Shown piece by piece: positions 61,918 through 64,000 of a stretch of 64,000 nt of DNA. How positions within the stretch are numbered: the stretch's first letter is position 1; the number at the start of each line of letters is the position of its first letter. The position numbers were made by a program, and so were the translations under genes. The notes beneath the pieces are model-generated. The model had not been told where the DNA came from. It did no database searches and was given only the letters and a program-made list of their open reading frames with translations. Origin of the DNA: Guillardia theta CCMP2712 (Eukaryota; Protista; Cryptophyta). The stretch spans positions 169,741 to 233,740 of the forward strand of contig NW_005434656.1 in assembly GCF_000315625.1 (NCBI RefSeq). The letters run 5' to 3'.

Positions 61918-61954
<37 letters not shown>
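61881..61954. repeat. (CTCCWG)n hexamer microsatellite
   Basis: About 12 units, seen directly. Confidence 0.85.
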
Positions 61955-64000
61955 ATACGCCCGTAGCCTCCTTTCCTATCGCTCTGCATTGCGCTTTGTT
62001 CTTCAAACAGCCATGTTTGACCAGTACCCTACCCTTCAATTCGGCTGCTGTATTCCGATCGTACCCCTTCTTCTTTTACCCTACCCCTTCAGATGATATC
62101 CTTACTACCCCGTGGTCCTAGATGGAAAGCAACGTATTCACCCCTATGACCCGCATATCAACCTCTACCCCACCCCTACCGTCGTCGTTTACCACCTCGC
62201 CTACCGACCCAGGTACCCACTACCCCCTTCGGATATCACCCACCCTACCTACTGAGAAAGTCAATCGGGACAAGTTACCCCACCCTTCACTCCAAAATTG
62301 TACCCTTACCCCTGAATGAAATTATTAACCCCTCTTTTTCATAGTAAAGTCATCGAATCCAGGGTACCTGAGCGTTGAATAGACCACCCTCCACCCCTGT
62401 ATCTTATACCCCTACCCCCAAGATACAGCCCACCCCGAATAGGAGGTCAGGACGGGCATCAACGGCGTCGAATTACCGTTACAAGGCATCTGACCGTTAC
62501 CCCCTAAAGATTCGTGATGTGCGGACGCAGCGCTATGAGATGAGATGAGGTCAGTGAGGAGGGAGGAAGAGGAGGAGGAGGGAGGGAGAGGAGGAGGGAG
62601 GGAGAGGAGGAGGAGGGAGGGAGAGGAGGAGGAGGGAGAGGAGGAGGGAGGGAGAGGAGGAGGGAGGGAGAGGAGGAGGGAGGGAGAGGAGGAGGGAGGG
62701 AGAGGAGGAGGGAGGGAGAGGAGGAGGGAGGAGAAATACCACAGGATGGCAGGAGACGAGGTGGATGGAGTCCGTGGGTGTTGGTGGAGGTAGGAGATAG
62801 GAGAGGAAGGAAAAGAAGGGGAGAAGGAGGCGAAGAATTCCAGGAATGATTCCCCATCAGTTATATGGATGTTGATGTTGATGTCAGCCTGCCGACTTGA
62901 TTGCGAAAGTGAGTGAACGAGGGTCAGGAAGTGATGAATTGTCACTGGAAGGGATCGGGGGGAGACTGGGCTGCAAAAGTGAGGGGAACGAAGTGAGAAG
63001 AGGGAGTCTGTAATTGTAAAAGATGTATTATCAACTGTATGATCAATCGTCACACTGACAAAGAAGTCTGGCAGCCTTGGGCTTCTGACTTGTTTCATCG
63101 TTGCGTTTGAGTACAAGCTTCCGAGAAACCTTCCGGTACATTTAAGATCATTGCGTCACTTGCAAGTGAAGTTTCCTTAGCGATGTCTTGCAAGCTCGTC
63201 GTTTGATCGCCCTTTCAAGTCGTTGAGCTCGAGCAGCTGCAAGGACGTGAAGTTTTCAGTTGGGCACAAGAAATTTCCGATGACGATGAAGATGAAGAGA
63301 GAAGAAGAGAAGTATTGTGTGCGGAGGGTGTTTTTTTGCTGGTGAAGGTAGTTTCTCAGTGCTGGCGATGATGCTTCGAGCTGTTGGGTTCCGCTCAACG
63401 CCAAGAGAGCAGAGCTACGACTGGATGCGACCTTGATCTGCGGGCAGAGCTTCCGGTGAGAACAGATGGAGCAGCCAGAGAAAACACAGCGAGAAAAAGA
63501 TGGAGGAGGAGCGTTGGGTTGGAGGGAGGAGAAGGGAGCAGCAGGGAGAAGCAGGGAGGAGCAGGGAGCGAAGAAGCGAAGGAGCGGAGGAGCGAGGAGG
63601 GGGAGAGAGAGCATGCATGTTTGCTCGCAAGAAGGTTTGGGAGTGGAACAGGTTGGTGTGAAAGGATCGAGAAGAAGCTGGGGGAGGGCAAACGGCATGC
63701 GTGACTGCTGGTGGTGGCAGTTGGAAACAGACAGGAGAGGACGAATGGACTTGCGTGATATCAGGTGATAGGGAGAAAGAGGGGAAAAGGGAGGGGGGGA
63801 GAGGAGGTGGGGGTGGGAGGGGGAGGGGGAGAGGGGAAGGGGAGGGAAGGGGGAGGCAGGGAGGGGCAGGGAGGAGGAAGGAGGGAGGAGGGAGGAGGGA
63901 GGAGGGAGGAGGGGGAAGGAGGGAGTGACCGTGGTGCTAACAAGGACATAGATGCTCTTGTATCACTGAAGCAAACAGAAGACGACGTGCTCGGTTTGTT

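Noticed and set aside
62412-64000. Possible minus-strand gene at the window end
   Set aside because: Only short exon-like pieces with no recognisable motif, so no call is supported.

Overview
Gene-dense eukaryotic nuclear DNA with many short (about 40-55 nt) GT-AG introns, some expanded by purine/pyrimidine microsatellites. The style suggests a cryptophyte alga (Guillardia/Hanusia-like), which is an inference. Recognisable spliced genes: NatB auxiliary subunit NAA25 (-, runs off the window start), Mediator MED14 (+), a giant (~4,800 aa) secreted repeat protein (-) with a near-perfect 1,347-bp tandem array, a DCTN3-like gene, a conserved WD40 gene, TRM8/METTL1, an aquaporin, a purple acid phosphatase, an FCS/FLZ-like zinc-finger gene, a cyclic-nucleotide-binding K+ channel, a JmjC protein, a divergent centrin and a RING-H2 protein. 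Most notable: (1) the giant modular surface protein, whose signal peptide appears to be an in-register rewrite of one repeat linker; (2) a membrane-anchored purple acid phosphatase with a PA domain and a Cys-rich segment inserted inside its catalytic fold; (3) a ~120-bp dispersed non-coding element in three copies, one split by a 404-bp solo LTR with a 5-bp target-site duplication. Exon boundaries were read by eye and are approximate.
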